Shown one piece after another: positions 25,172 to 37,720 of a DNA stretch of 64,000 bases (the stretch's first letter is position 1; each line of letters begins with the position of its first letter). The notes under the pieces were generated by a model that saw nothing but the letters and a program-made list of their open reading frames with translations, did not search any database and was not told the origin of the DNA. A program made the position numbers and the translations under genes. Location of the stretch: positions 71,674,001 through 71,738,000 of the forward strand of contig CM052816.1 of assembly GCA_028534125.1 (NCBI GenBank), written 5' to 3'. This DNA comes from Lama glama (lineage: Eukaryota).

Positions 25172-27007
25172 GTAAGGAAAAGAAGAGAATGACCCCTTTA
25201 AGAAGATTACTGCAAGAGTCTTACAACTTCAAACCAGTTCCCTAGCATTTTCTTTTAATCAGTATTCTTTAATACCATACTGTCATACTGCAAATATCCA
25301 GATTCTGCAGGGTAAAACAAACCCATGTCCACTCAGTATGCCATGAAAAGAAGCCAAATTGAGCTTTATTATAACCATAAAACTGTGGCATTCCATAAAT
25401 TGCAGATTATAAATGTGTGTTACAACACTAAATATCGAGTAATCTCTTATCAGCCTTTTTGAACAGAAAGTCTTTCTGCAAGTTAACATTAGGCTGAGGC
25501 CTTTGTTTTAGGCTGAGGGGGTAAAAAGAGTTTTGAAGGCATTTTTCAGGATTCTAAATTTATAACCCCTTCTCTTTACCAGATTTACCGTGTAATCTTT
25601 AATCTCTGGAAAACGTTGATTTAACATGTCATCTAAAGGATCTTGCATTCTGATTTCAGTGCCACAGCCAGAATGCCATGCATTTTGTGGTGCCTAGAAA
25701 ATTACACATATCTCTGTGTATTTAGATGAGAGGTTCCTTTCATGTCTGTCTCTCTTTTCTTATAAACTCTATACATTAAAACACTAGAAAATGTGATAAC
25801 ATGTTTTTAGCTACTTGAAAGTGTATTGAATTATACATGAATACTAAACATAAGAATGTCTGTTTTACTTTTTATAATCAGATATGTATCCTTTGAGGTT
25901 TATTTCTTACTATTAAATATGTCTTCTTCATGGATTCTGATTAAGATTCAGAGATGATTGCATTTTGGCTTTCTTCCAATGACTTGAATTTAGTAGTCTT
26001 TGCCTCATAGGATACTTCAGAGGGTTTACATGCTATTCACGTTGGGTAATACTATAATCAATTTCACAATATTTGCTAATTTTCTTCTAAGAATTGGGCT
26101 TGAAATTCCATACTCTGAAAATGTGAAACTGCCTATGGTATGAAATAAAATCTCCAGGGAAAAGGAATTTTAAAGTGTTACAAGATTATATTTCATTTTA
26201 CAATGTCAAAAGGTCCATAGAAAAATTATTCATGACAGCTAAGAAGTATGACCTTCAAATTAGTCACATGAAATTCTAGGCATAAACATTAAAATTACCT
26301 CATGATCTACCTTTTCCTGCAAAAAGTAAATGCCATAGTCAAATTTCAAAAGCTACTAAATTATGAAGATCTATAAAGAACTCGTTATTCCGATTTTATG
26401 TAGAAAGCGATTCTAGAAAAGAAATGAATTGTAAGATTTTGAATTAAGTTTTGAGAATGGAATGTTGGCTTTTAATTCTTGAATGTGGACACTATTATGA
26501 TATTCTTTAAAATGTTTTTCTAGTGGTCATCGCAGTGAACTGCAATCTCTTATTGTCTCTGGTTTCCCTTGTTACAAAAATGAATTTTAAAATTGGTAGG
26601 AAGAGATTAAGAGTATAATATTTGGGTAAAGCAAAGCTGATAGGTGTGTGAGAGAGTTAACCTTGGCAGGAATCACAGATCTCACCAATTACTTCCTTGC
26701 TTAAAAAACTCTTCCAAATCTCCCTCTTACTTGCCACTTACAGTTGGCCAGGGAGTATGTGCAGAAGGATCTCTGTGAACTGGTTTCCACCCACTGAGGC
26801 ATCCTCCATGCTTCTTTCTATTCTCCACCTTACTTTTAATACTTTATCGGTGCCCAGTTTCATGTAACTCCACATAGAAATTGTATCATTTCATGCCATT
26901 CCACCTTTCTTACCCTCTTCTGTTTGCTTGCAAAGTCCTTTCCCAAGAGTGATATCATAACACAGTAGTCAAGAGTGTGAATTGTGGAGTCAGGCCCATG
27001 GATTGAG

Positions 27008-27319
27008 TTTTTAAAATTGAAGTGTAGTAAGTTACAATGTGTCAATTTCTTGTGTACAGTGTAATAGTTCAGATATACGTACAATTCTATTTTCATATTC
27101 TTTTCCATTATAGGTTACTACAAAATATTGAATATAGTTGCCTGTGCCTAAGAAGAAATTTATTTTCTATCTATTTTGTATATGGTAGTTAATGTTTACA
27201 ATTCTTGAATTCCCAGTTTATCCCTTCCCACCCCTTTCCCCCACCAGTAATCATAACTTCGTTTACTATATCTGAGTCTGTTTCTATTTTGTAGATAAGT
27301 TCATTAGTGTCTTCTTTTT

Positions 27320-27387
<68 letters not shown>

Positions 27388-27711
27388 TCAGATTCCACGT
27401 ATGTGATATCATATGGTATTTTTCTTTCTCTTTCTGGCTTACTTCACTTAGAATAATGATCTCCAGAACCATCCATGTTACTGCAAATGGCATTATTTTA
27501 TTCTTTTTATGGCTGAGTAGTATTCCATTGTATAAATACACCACAACTTCTTTATCCAGTCATCTGTTGATGGACATTTAGGTTGTTTCCATGTCTTGGC
27601 TATTGTATATAGTGCTGCTATGAACATTGGGATGCATGTATCTTCTCGAATTAGAGTTCCCTCCAGATATATGCCCAAGAATGAGATTGCTGGATCATAT
27701 GTAAGCCTATT
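27008..27711 (-). mobile_element. Young L1 3' fragment including the ORF2 C-terminus
   Basis: ORF-track peptides DTCIPMFIAALYTIAKTWKQPKCPSTDDWIKKLW and IMPFAVTWMVLEIIILSEVSQKEK are L1 ORF2p C-terminal sequence with a frameshift, followed by the 3' UTR. Confidence 0.95.
27318..27389. repeat. Perfect (TTTC)n microsatellite, about 18 units
   Basis: Read directly. Confidence 0.95.
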
Positions 27712-28951
27712 TTAAATCTTGTCTCTACTTGGGTCCTTTGAAAAGTTACTAAACCTCAGTTACCTTATCTATAAAATGAATTCCAAAGCAATTCTTACTT
27801 TTTGATAAAATTATGAATGTGAAGACTTTAGTAAGTGTTGATCACATAATAAGGACTTAATAAATAATAGCTTTACAACCAATTGATTCAGGAGTCATTG
27901 GAATATAATATGAGTTTATGTTTTAAGAACTGATGCAAACTGTGCTCTAGTAGACCCTCCTTTTCTGGGTGTGCAGTGGGTTCCCTCAATGTGCCATCTT
28001 AGTCCAGTTCTACAGTTTTTCATTGACCTTTGTTTATTCAAACAGTCTCATTTAAGTTCTTAAGACTCAGCACTGTTTGTTTTAAAACTAATTTAATAAT
28101 TGATCCAAACCCCTGTACCTCATACAGGCTCATTCAAGTGAAGAGGTGAGAGTGCTGGCTCTTTCTCTTGTGCATCATGTACACACTCACCCCCCTCCTT
28201 GAATTACCTCCTTTACTGTTGTAGGCAAAAGAAGGCAAGGCTGTGGTCTTGCAGTCCCCTGTCTGGCGGGCAGCACTGCTGTTCTAGCTTGTTGTTTATG
28301 AGCTTGGTGCGGACAGACGTTGTTTCTAACAGGACCCAATGAAGAAAGGTCCTTCCTAAGCAACTCCCCGAAATTTTGTGACTACCCTCCAGCCCAGCCT
28401 GCACCCAATTAGCCATGTGTCTCAGATTCAGCTGATTCTATTAAATATGCTTCTTCGCCCCAGGCTGTGGTGATCCCACCTAGAGTACAGCACACAATCT
28501 CACCCAGTTTCCAGGGCCTCCCACCATGCCTTCCCCTCTCCCCAGTTTTGGATTTACTGTAATTGCCAAGATCTTATAGCCTATTTTCTGGGCAACTTAG
28601 AACTCAAGAGGAAGGGAGGTGGTATTGGACCTCACTTCTAGATGTGCCCCACCATGACGTCTCTGTCAGTCCTCTCTAGATCCTGTGCCTAAAAACATAT
28701 ACAACCAAGTGACTGGACCCCTTTCCTCTTTGCTTGGAAGGGGAGGGCACTGTTTTTCTACAGGGAGTTTAGAGGAGAGAACTGCCTCTCTTAGGAACAA
28801 CACAATCCATTAAGAGACAACACTTTAGCCTTACATGGACAAGGGGGGGTGAAGCTGGTATTGTGAAGTGTCTCTTGTCTCAGCGAGTCCAGTGGCGAGG
28901 TGGCCGGTCTCAATAGCTAGTGATTCTTCTGCATCTGTAGCTTATGCATCT

Positions 28952-29026
28952 GTACTTAGAGCCTGATGTTCTCAATCATTAGCTTGGGGTACTTAGAGCC
29001 TGATGTTCTTAATCATGATGCTTAGG
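28952..29026. repeat. Imperfect 2 x 37-nt tandem duplication
   Basis: gtacttagagcctgatgttct(c/t)aatcat at 28952 and 28989. Confidence 0.9.
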
Positions 29027-30408
29027 ATCCAATTCCATTCTGAGTATCTGTATCAAATTCTTACATTTTTATTCTGCTTTATTTTTACTTTACAATATTA
29101 CCTCAGAAGTCTTCCCTAAAGTCCAAGTTGGACTAAAAAGGTTCCTTTTCTTTGTATCTACATCACCCTTGATCCTAGCATTTACCACATGAATTAGACG
29201 CTTCAGTATCCTCTTGGCTCTAACAGATCTGAAATATTTCATAAGGCTCCTCAGATGATCCCAGAATGATCACTCTCTCCATACTGTACTTCTGTTACCT
29301 GGGATCATATTCCTATATGAATTGCTTATATTTGGGCTTTCATCCAAGGCTATGATGGTTGGAGAAAACTCGGCTGAGATACCAATTTGGTTTTGGTGTT
29401 GTGCTCCCACCATGACACTGCAAGCTGCTTTCATACCCCGACACTGTCCCTGTCACATAGTGTGTACTCTATACATTTTTGTTGAATTAGCATCATTTAT
29501 AACTTACTCTTCTTTTAAAAAAAAGTTAAATGAATATTGTCACCTGATAACCTATATAAAAGCCAAGTTCAGACGATCATATCCATCCTAGTCGCTGAAA
29601 ACCTAAATGTCAGATTTGTACAAACATTTTGAATGGAAAATATTTCTTGAAAATGCTTGAACTCTGCATGAATTCAGAATACCTTAACAATGTCAGGTGT
29701 CTATAATACAGATTTACCTTAGCTCACAAGAATTTATTCCCAGCTGTGTTTAGAGTATGGAATTGGACACCTTGAGGTGAAAAAGTGGATTCCCTTGTTT
29801 GGAGGGCTTGGGGCTCACGAGGGAGAGGGAAGACCTGCTCGAGCAATCTGAGTGAACGTGTCAGGATATACAAAATAATATGGAATTAATCAAAAGCTGC
29901 GCAGAAATTTTTCTAAGAGGGATACCAAATCCTTCTAAGTCTGGGATTGTCCACTTTATATTACAAATAGTAGTTTGATCAATTGATCTCTTGATCTATA
30001 TCAACACTCTTGTTAACGTCCCTTTGTAAACTGGGCAAAGTCCCCCTCTGGTAATTGCAAAGCTAAAAATTATGTTTTTCTAAAATAAAAGTCCCTTCTC
30101 TTTAGCATTAAGTGATACAGTTTTCTGGATGGCAAGTAAGTATATTAAAAGCCTGTCTCTGAAGTGAGGCTGTCCTGTATTGCTAGAGAAGTTGAATACT
30201 TGACAGATTGATAAGATGTACTAATTCATTAGATCCAAGGGATGAATGGCACGTTTACCATGTTGCTTTGCTCACTCAATGACCCTGTTGTGCTTGACGT
30301 GTACATAAAATAATCTACTCCTGAGGGATAGATATTAAGCACATGCTGAGAGATTAGAAACATACACCTAAAAATTATTCTAAAAGAATCTGCTCTTAAA
30401 GTATGGAT

Positions 30409-30610
30409 ATATATATGTGTGTGTGTGTGTGTATATACACACACATACTTTTTTCAAATTGAAGTATAATCTGTTTACAATGTTGTGTCAATTTCTGGTG
30501 TACAACATAAAGCTTCAGTCATACATGAACATACATATATTCGTTTTCATATTCTTTTTCACCATAAATTACTACAAGATACTGAATATAGTTCCCTGTG
30601 CTATACAGTA
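30409..30610 (-). mobile_element. Young L1 3' end with TA/TG/CA microsatellite inside the TSD
   Basis: Antisense L1 terminus 30449-30610. TSD taaa(g/a)tatggat at 30397-30408 and 30611-30622. Confidence 0.85.
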
Positions 30611-32294
30611 TAAAATATGGATTTTTAGCAGCACATTTCATTACCCTTATGTGTAAACTGGAAGATGTAGATTTAGTTGAGCGATAGGGAACATGGTAAT
30701 TCTGGATCTTGTGTTAGGTCTCAAATAAGAATTCTGAAAATGGGAAAACTACTCTGCATTACTGCAGAGAGGGAGTACCATTGTCATGTAAACAAAGGGA
30801 AACCTGCTAGTAATTTAAAATGAGTAACATACTTGACAGCTTATTCCTTTGCCAGATTTTCCTATTCTTTTAGTGTTAAAATAAATAATGGATTTTGCTT
30901 AATTTGCTTTTCCAAGTAGGTCATCTATTTAATGTGGTCTCATGATTACAAATACTAGATTTTACTATGTACAAAAAATTTTTAATGTGGTATTTTATAG
31001 CTGATTTTTAAAAAGTGAGTTCTGTAATAAAGCAATTCAAGTGTGATAACATGGTTTTAGGTTATATTTTGGTTGGTGTGCAAATATGTTACCCAGCCTG
31101 TATTTATGGGTTTTGTTATTCAAATGAACAATTTATATACAAGTACCATATTTTGTGTCAAAAGAATCCATTTCACTCCTTTGAATCAAGTCTTTCACAT
31201 TTTCCTAATATATTCAAAATTCTCGGGGAAAAAAATGCAATGAGATCTTTTAATAATCACCTCTGGAGATTGACAAAATTCTTCCAGTAGAGAGCAAAAA
31301 GAAAATTAAACTGGAAATATCAGTATTTAATAATGAATTATGAGCAAGGAAGAAATTATCTATTAAAAAAGCGATATTTTGTGAAAGTATCTTTATTAAA
31401 CTAGATAATTCAAAGACTTCATTTCCTCTAGTTTATTTATTCTGGTTATCTAGAGCTCTGTTTGGGGAAAGCAAGAAAGTAGAAAATTTCTTCTGGGTAG
31501 GAATCTTAATTGAGTAGAAATGCATAATTATGTCTGACTTAGAACTACTTCATGGAGATAAAGTATATTTTCAGTAGTTTATACGTATCTTGTATCAGTT
31601 ATAATGTAAATAGAATATAACATGGCTGTAAAGGACAATAGAATCACCTGAAATAATCAGTCTACAGTATTGTTAAAAATCTTAAAGGACAGTTGTAGTC
31701 AAACTCTACACCTATTTTATTTATCTCTGTCATTATTTAAGGTGTCACTGTGTTCTAAAACTATGTAAGTAGAAACAATAACTGTATCCAGTTATCTCAT
31801 TCTTGAAGCTTGTCCAGAGTACATGCAATAGCCTGTTTAATTCATCATATTTTACTAGTTAATTAATAACAGGAAATTTCACAGATAGGAACTATAAAGT
31901 AATATAACAGAAGTATGAGTAGATAGCAAAAGATCTAGTTTGAACGCCTTTATTAATTTAGAACTTATTTAGGAGAAAATTCAGTGCTCAGAATTTTGGC
32001 TATTCAAAAGTGCCTACTTATGACAAATGTAATATACTATTATCACACAATTTTTAAAATACGTGTAACATTTGCCCCTTGTTTTTATTTAATATGGTTT
32101 AAAAGCTATGGTTTTAAGACTCTTTAAACCAAGCACTCTAAAAAAAGACATGTAGACCAAGGTCCAATGGGAAGAAATCTACTGCATCATAGGACACGTG
32201 TATTCTGAACTTATTTTGGAGGTGGAGGATGCATTCAGAACCAGCTCAGACCTTGATTTTTAAGTTGCAATTTCAGTTACAGCATCCTCTGCCA

Positions 32295-32385
32295 AAATCC
32301 TGTATCAGCCTCTAACTAATTATATGACCTTCGACAAGTTACTCAGCCTCTCTGTGCCTCAGTTTCCTCATCTGTAAGCATAGAG
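32295..32385 (+). mobile_element. MIR core fragment
   Basis: tgaccttcgacaagttactcagcctctctgtgcctcagtttcctcatctgtaa. Confidence 0.85.
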
Positions 32386-32857
32386 ATATAGAGGCTGGAA
32401 TCTAGCACAACTGTACATACTTTTATCCCTGCCAAGGAATCCCCAAACAGAGAATTGCATGATGCCCATTATTAGCTTTGAGTCAAATCAGATATGTCAG
32501 TTGATCTTGAATTTCTAGCTAGGGATCCATTCCTTGGAGGATATGAGGGGAGATTCCATGACTTTTACAAAGGATCACATTCTGCTCCAGCAGTGGGGAT
32601 GCCTTTTCCATCTTTATTACATAACCACTTTAACCATTTCATTTGTCAACCACAACTCTATGACCACCACCATGATGAATACTAATGTGAAGACAAAAAA
32701 TCAATAGAAGAAACTATCCCTATTATTGAGGGACTTAAGGTATCATTGGTGACACCTACAGATAGGAAAAAACTAGAAACCAAAACAAGAGTGCATGATC
32801 ATGTGATGAATTGTGTGGAAATGCTCCTTGTGGGACACCGGAGTATAAAGAAAAGAT

Positions 32858-32995
32858 TTCTGAATCTTGGGGTTCTCATCTATAGAAGGTAGAATTAACG
32901 CTCACTTCACAAGGTTGTTTTGAGGATTAAAGGTTATAATTATTGTTATAGCTAAGAGTCAGCCACATTATATGCCCTTAATAAATGTTAGTTGA
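32858..32995 (+). mobile_element. MIR 3' fragment
   Basis: cttcacaaggttgttttgaggattaaa...cttaataaatgttagtt. Confidence 0.7.
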
Positions 32996-33029
32996 AATAT
33001 CATCTTGACTTGGAGTAATTTAAAAAATA

Positions 33030-33330
33030 TGTTTTACATACATTCCTATGGAGATCCTCTTATGTTCTAGGTTTTGAGGACACAGTGGTGAACAAAACCA
33101 AAGTGGATTCTACTTTCATAGAGCTTAAATTCTAGTAGGGAAAGAAAGAAAATAATTACATAAATATGCAAGAAAATTTCAAACAATAATGTATCAACAG
33201 ACAATAAAAATCTGAGTAATGTGTTAGAGAAAATGAGTTACTTTAGAAAATGGGTGGTGAAGAAAGGCCTCCCAAAGGAGTGATATTAAAGTCAAAACTC
33301 ATTGAGAAGAGGAACCAGCTATGTTTCCAT
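33030..33330 (+). mobile_element. L2 3'-region fragment
   Basis: ttctaggttttgaggacacagtggtgaacaaaac...catagagcttaaattctagtaggg. Confidence 0.7.
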
Positions 33331-34628
33331 CATGTTATCATCAAAGGACAAATTTAAAGACTTCTGAAAGTTCCTAATGAGTATATATTAGTTTTCCAAA
33401 TGATAATGGTGTCATATCAATGTTGTCCACTGATACCAACTTTGCAAAAAAAAAAGTATGTGTATGTGTGTGTATATATATATATATATCCCCCATGATC
33501 TCAAGAAACCCAAGCATGAGCCTAATGCTTCCCTGGAGAATCTCAATTTTTCTTGTGGGTGTGAGGATATACTGTGTGTGTGTATTTTACAAAATGTAAT
33601 TTATTGCCAACTGGCTTGATTTTCTACTTGAAATTATTATTCCATGCAATTGACCTGTCATGGTGATGACATTTCTCAGAATGTGTTAAATTCTATTGAC
33701 AAACATGATGTTTTTATTCTCAAAAATTGGTAGTACTTTACCTGAAGGTGGCCTGGCCATTATACAGGAAAGGACACAGTTCCATGACTCTCTGTTGTGT
33801 CACTCTTCCACTGTTTGTGCTTTCCGGCAGCACATCGATAAATTATTTGCGTGGAATGTTGCCTTGAAATAGGAGTTCTGTCTGTGGCCTTGAATTGATT
33901 TAGGAGGGGAGGGGTAGTTAAGGGATTGAAAAGAAGGTGCATCTCTAAGATACACGTTATAAGGTGACAATGCAGCTGTGTTTTGATGGGAGGCAATCAA
34001 GAAGCCTTGTGATAGTCCCTGTTGACCTGAAAGGCCCTACCCAGGTTTTGATTGTATCCTTCTGTAATGTGTCCAAGAGTTTCTGGGTTCTTCACTAACC
34101 TCTTCCGCAATAATGAAATATATGGGGTACTTAAATACACAATCAACTGTGTTTAAGAAATTTGTAAAGAGGTCCCTTTTATAACCTTAAGTAAATGATC
34201 AGATTATAAGAATAATACAGATATCTAAGGGTGTCCTGAATAGGACTCTTGGGAGGCAACTGGCTAACAAGTTTGAATAGGTTTATCATCACTCAATAAA
34301 TTACTCCATTGTCTACATAGCACTGTCCTTCTGAATTAGGTAATGTTTCAAGATACGCCTCGGTAGCTCCTTCTAGACATAACTGAGAACATGTAAATAA
34401 GAATGTATGATGAATACTTCTCTATATGTTCTTCCTTGTAAACCTTTATTACAGCTTTCATGCAGCTCTATTACTGGCCCAAAGTCAGTTCTGGTTTCCT
34501 AAATGCATGTTTTCTATTTTCTATTTTAACCACTGACCTGCTGCAAAGTTGTTTTACCACTGAACTCTGGACTGAACACCAGAGGAAATAATACGAAATA
34601 TTTTGCGAATAGCCTGTATTTTCTTCAG

Positions 34629-34757
34629 TGGCACTAGAACTTCCAAGTAGAGAGATCAATGAATCTTTGAAGAATCAAACTGCAGAAGTGGAGGATAAAG
34701 AACTTCTGCACTAAGAAAATAGAAAGATGAGTTTACAAAGGAGTACACCAATATCTG
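34629..34757 (+). CDS. Candidate exon G (xALELPSREINESLKNQTAEVEDKELLH*ENRKMSLQRSTPIS); terminal exon or internal exon with a nonsense codon
   Basis: ctgtattttcttcag acceptor. 27 sense codons in the phase required by exon F, TAA at 34712-34714, 14 more sense codons, then CTG|gtaata. 129 nt, phase 1-1. Confidence 0.35.
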
Positions 34758-34994
34758 GTAATAGATTGTGCCAGTAGGAGTGGAGGGAACTTGCATTTGT
34801 CTGGTAGGTTTCGCTTCAGATCATTTACTACTCTTGCATTTCCACGTGATGTAATGGCTTAGGGTTAGACTAGTCAAAAAATATGTTGGCAGCAATAGTG
34901 ATCATGGATGGAAGATCTGAAATTTTTTGGCCCACATTACTTATAGAAGGAGATCCTTTCGTTTAATATTGAAACCTTCATATTTTAGCTATGT

Positions 34995-35260
34995 GATAGT
35001 ATAGTGATTGAGAGAACTAACAAATGAACTAGGCCTGGGTTAAAATTTCAGCTCTGACATTTGTTAGCTGGGTGACATTGGGCAGGCTCTCTGCCCTTTC
35101 TAAATTCAGAATTCTAAATTCTGATCTTTTAAAACGGATTCTTTATTTGCAAACTGGAAAGAGAAATTCTATCTTACAGGAGTATGAGACTTAAAATAAT
35201 GAAATATATCTAAAAGTACCTGAAACAAGATTGAGGGTACTTAGATGTTCAATAGATGGT
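34995..35260 (+). mobile_element. MIR
   Basis: ggcctgggttaaaatttcagctctgacatttgttagctgggtgacattgggcagg. Confidence 0.7.
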
Positions 35261-35459
35261 GTTTGTGAAATGATCTTTGACATTTAGAAAAAGTTTGGAA
35301 GGACTGCTATGCAATTTAATTCATATATAATAAGCCTCTTATAATACAATTCTTTCTGCCATTTTTTTCTTACAATTATTTCTAAGATTCCTCCTGCTCT
35401 CTCTCTCTCCTTCTCCCCCCAACCCCACCATATACAAAGACAGTTTTTTATTTTACATT

Positions 35460-35900
35460 CTGGCTTTAATTATGCTGGGATAGGTGTAACAGCTTCCTAA
35501 TGTCATCCTCTGCTTCTCCAATTTTCCCCCTTTTCTCAAATCCATCTTCCATGCTGACTACTTCAGAGTTTCCCAAAACAAAATTCTCATTTCCTATTTT
35601 AAAAAGTCACTAACTTCTCCTTGTTTAGCAAATGAGATCCATCTTTCTCTCTCTATCTTCCATTGCTCCCAGTGATATGGTCACGCTCTCTTACTGCCAG
35701 GGGTCAGCTGCAGTCAGTTGTGGTCTTTGCCACCTATTTCTCCAGCTTCATTTTGTGACTCTTTTTCTTTTAGGAAGCTTACGTCCCCTAGCTTCATTCA
35801 TGTCATTTTGTGTCCTGCTGAAGGCATTCCTACAAACTATTCATAGTGCCTAGAATGCTTTCTAGCATTCCAGTTGCATTATTGCCTTTGAATCCTTGCT
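35460..35900 (-). mobile_element. L2 fragment
   Basis: Pyrimidine-rich: taacagcttcctaatg...aatccatcttccatgctg...gcctagaatgctttc. Confidence 0.55.
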
Positions 35901-35952
35901 TGGGTTGTTAATTAATTAAAATAAGTCAACTTCCAAGTTTGTTTCACCCTAT

Positions 35953-36390
35953 TGTAGATTGGTTTTTCCAAAGCCAACTTTGACAGGAAGTTTAATGCGC
36001 AGAATGTATTTTAAGGAGTGCCCTAGGAATCAGTAGCTGCAGAACAGAGGCAAAAGAAATAGGATTTGGGCCAACGGAGAAGTCGAGGTGCAAATCAGGC
36101 CCAACAACAGCTTCAGCCAACCCCTCTAAGAGCTCTGGAGCCAAAATGACCCATCATAGTTGTCCCGAGTTAGGCTGAAATGGTCTGGCCTTTATAATCC
36201 TGCTTCAATCTATCAGTTCATATGGCCCCCTCTCTGAAGGGTGTGAACTTGGCCAACATGGCTTTCTACAGCTGAGGCACCACCTGAAGGGGCAGACAAG
36301 TGAAGGCTGTTTTCTGGCTGCATTCTCAGTAGCTGGGACCACAAGTTCTTTATTGAAGGAGGATCTGAGCAGTGTGTCCCCTGGTGTATC
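35953..36390 (-). mobile_element. LTR16A-like ERVL solo LTR
   Basis: ggagtgccctaggaatca...ggagaagtcgaggtgc...cagccaaccc...gagctctggagc...ggcctttata. Confidence 0.8.
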
Positions 36391-37179
36391 ACTTATTCAC
36401 AAAACAAAGCTAGTGTATTGAGCTAAACAACGTGGCCTAAGTGTTTTGTGTCTTCTATGACCAGAACTACTTTACAATGTTGAAAGACAGGGGTCTGTGT
36501 CCCTTACCAGAGAACAGAGAACTCTAATTGTCAGAAAACTAAGCATGAACAGAAGAGTAGTTTTATTCTGGAAAATAACCCTCTTTACATCTTGTGGACA
36601 GTCAAGGAAGCAGCGAAGTTATCACTGAATAACAAAGACCTTCTGCCCATTGCTGTATATTTTAATATGTATTCAAATGCCAAAACAAACTGCATGAAGT
36701 TTAAGGACATACATCAGAGGTGCATTTTTCTTATGAACTCTTCCTTTGGCCTCACAAATCCCAGATAACATAACTTATCGCCTCAAAATATCACACAGTC
36801 ACATTTCCCCCTCCAGAATACTATTGCCAATAACAATTTCAAATAGCTTTTTGAGAGTCTTAACCTTTTCAAGGATACTCATCAGATTGATTTCTCAGCA
36901 GTTTGAATCTCTGTCTTTTCTCTGAGTTCCAATATCTTATGGTGACATTTTCTGTCAGTTAAGTGTGTTTATCTGGAGCTGAATTCATGCATAGAGCACA
37001 TCGTTCTTCTACCCCAAAACTCCAGCTAGCTGTTCATTCATTTTAATGCCTCTTTCAAAGTGTATTTTCAAATGCGTTTTTGAAAAAAAAACCCTCACAC
37101 CTTATATATTAGGTTTCTCATTCAGTAATCAAATAATTGTTGGTGCCAATGATTTATCATGTTCTGTCATCATGACCTT

Positions 37180-37430
37180 CTCAATTCAACAAATTTAATA
37201 AATATTTATTTATTACAAGGCACTTTGCCAGGCACACAGGGACATACAAATAGAAATGTAATAAAGACCCTGGACATTTGAGTTGAATCTTTGGAAGCAA
37301 TTTTTTAGTTTGTAAGAGAAATAAGATATCAAATAGCTATTCAAACAAGAATGCTGTTATTGTTGACTAAGAAATTGCTAAAGGCTTCATGGAGGGGATG
37401 GGGTTAATGTTTGTCCTTAAAGATTGAGTG
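37180..37430 (+). mobile_element. L2 3'-region fragment
   Basis: attcaacaaat...atttatt...caaggcactttgccaggcac...ggcttcatggagggg. Confidence 0.55.
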
Positions 37431-37720
37431 GTGATTAGTCAATTAATTAATTAACTTATTTATTTAAATTTCATTGGTAAATGATGTTCATTATAACACA
37501 GTTAGGAAATAAGAGAGAAGCTAAAATATCAAAATTAAAATTATGCACCACGTCACTATTCATACTTTTGTTGAATCTTGTATTTGATCTATGCTTGTCT
37601 GTCAAAACTATGTCAAAACTGTTACTCAAATCAGGCGACCTTCATTAACTTTACTGATGATTTTGTACTAAAACAGGTAAAAAATACAACTATTGTTTCT
37701 TTTCCTTTTTGCCATCATAG

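Larger units (their letters stand above)
26960..27870 (+). mobile_element. MIR split by an L1 insertion (26960-27005 and 27712-27870)
   Basis: MIR head (gtagtcaagagtgtgaattgtggagtcaggc) resumes as the MIR core (aacctcagttaccttatctataaaatg...cttaataaataatagct). Confidence 0.7.

Noticed and set aside
27189..27678. ORFs with protein-like sequence and KKER repeats
   Set aside because: Frameshifted L1 ORF2 C-terminus plus a (TTTC)n microsatellite.
33731..33990. Minus-strand donor CAG|gtaaag with an upstream frame (...MELCPFLYNGQATF)
   Set aside because: All three frames hit stops before a credible acceptor, and there is no matching exon chain.
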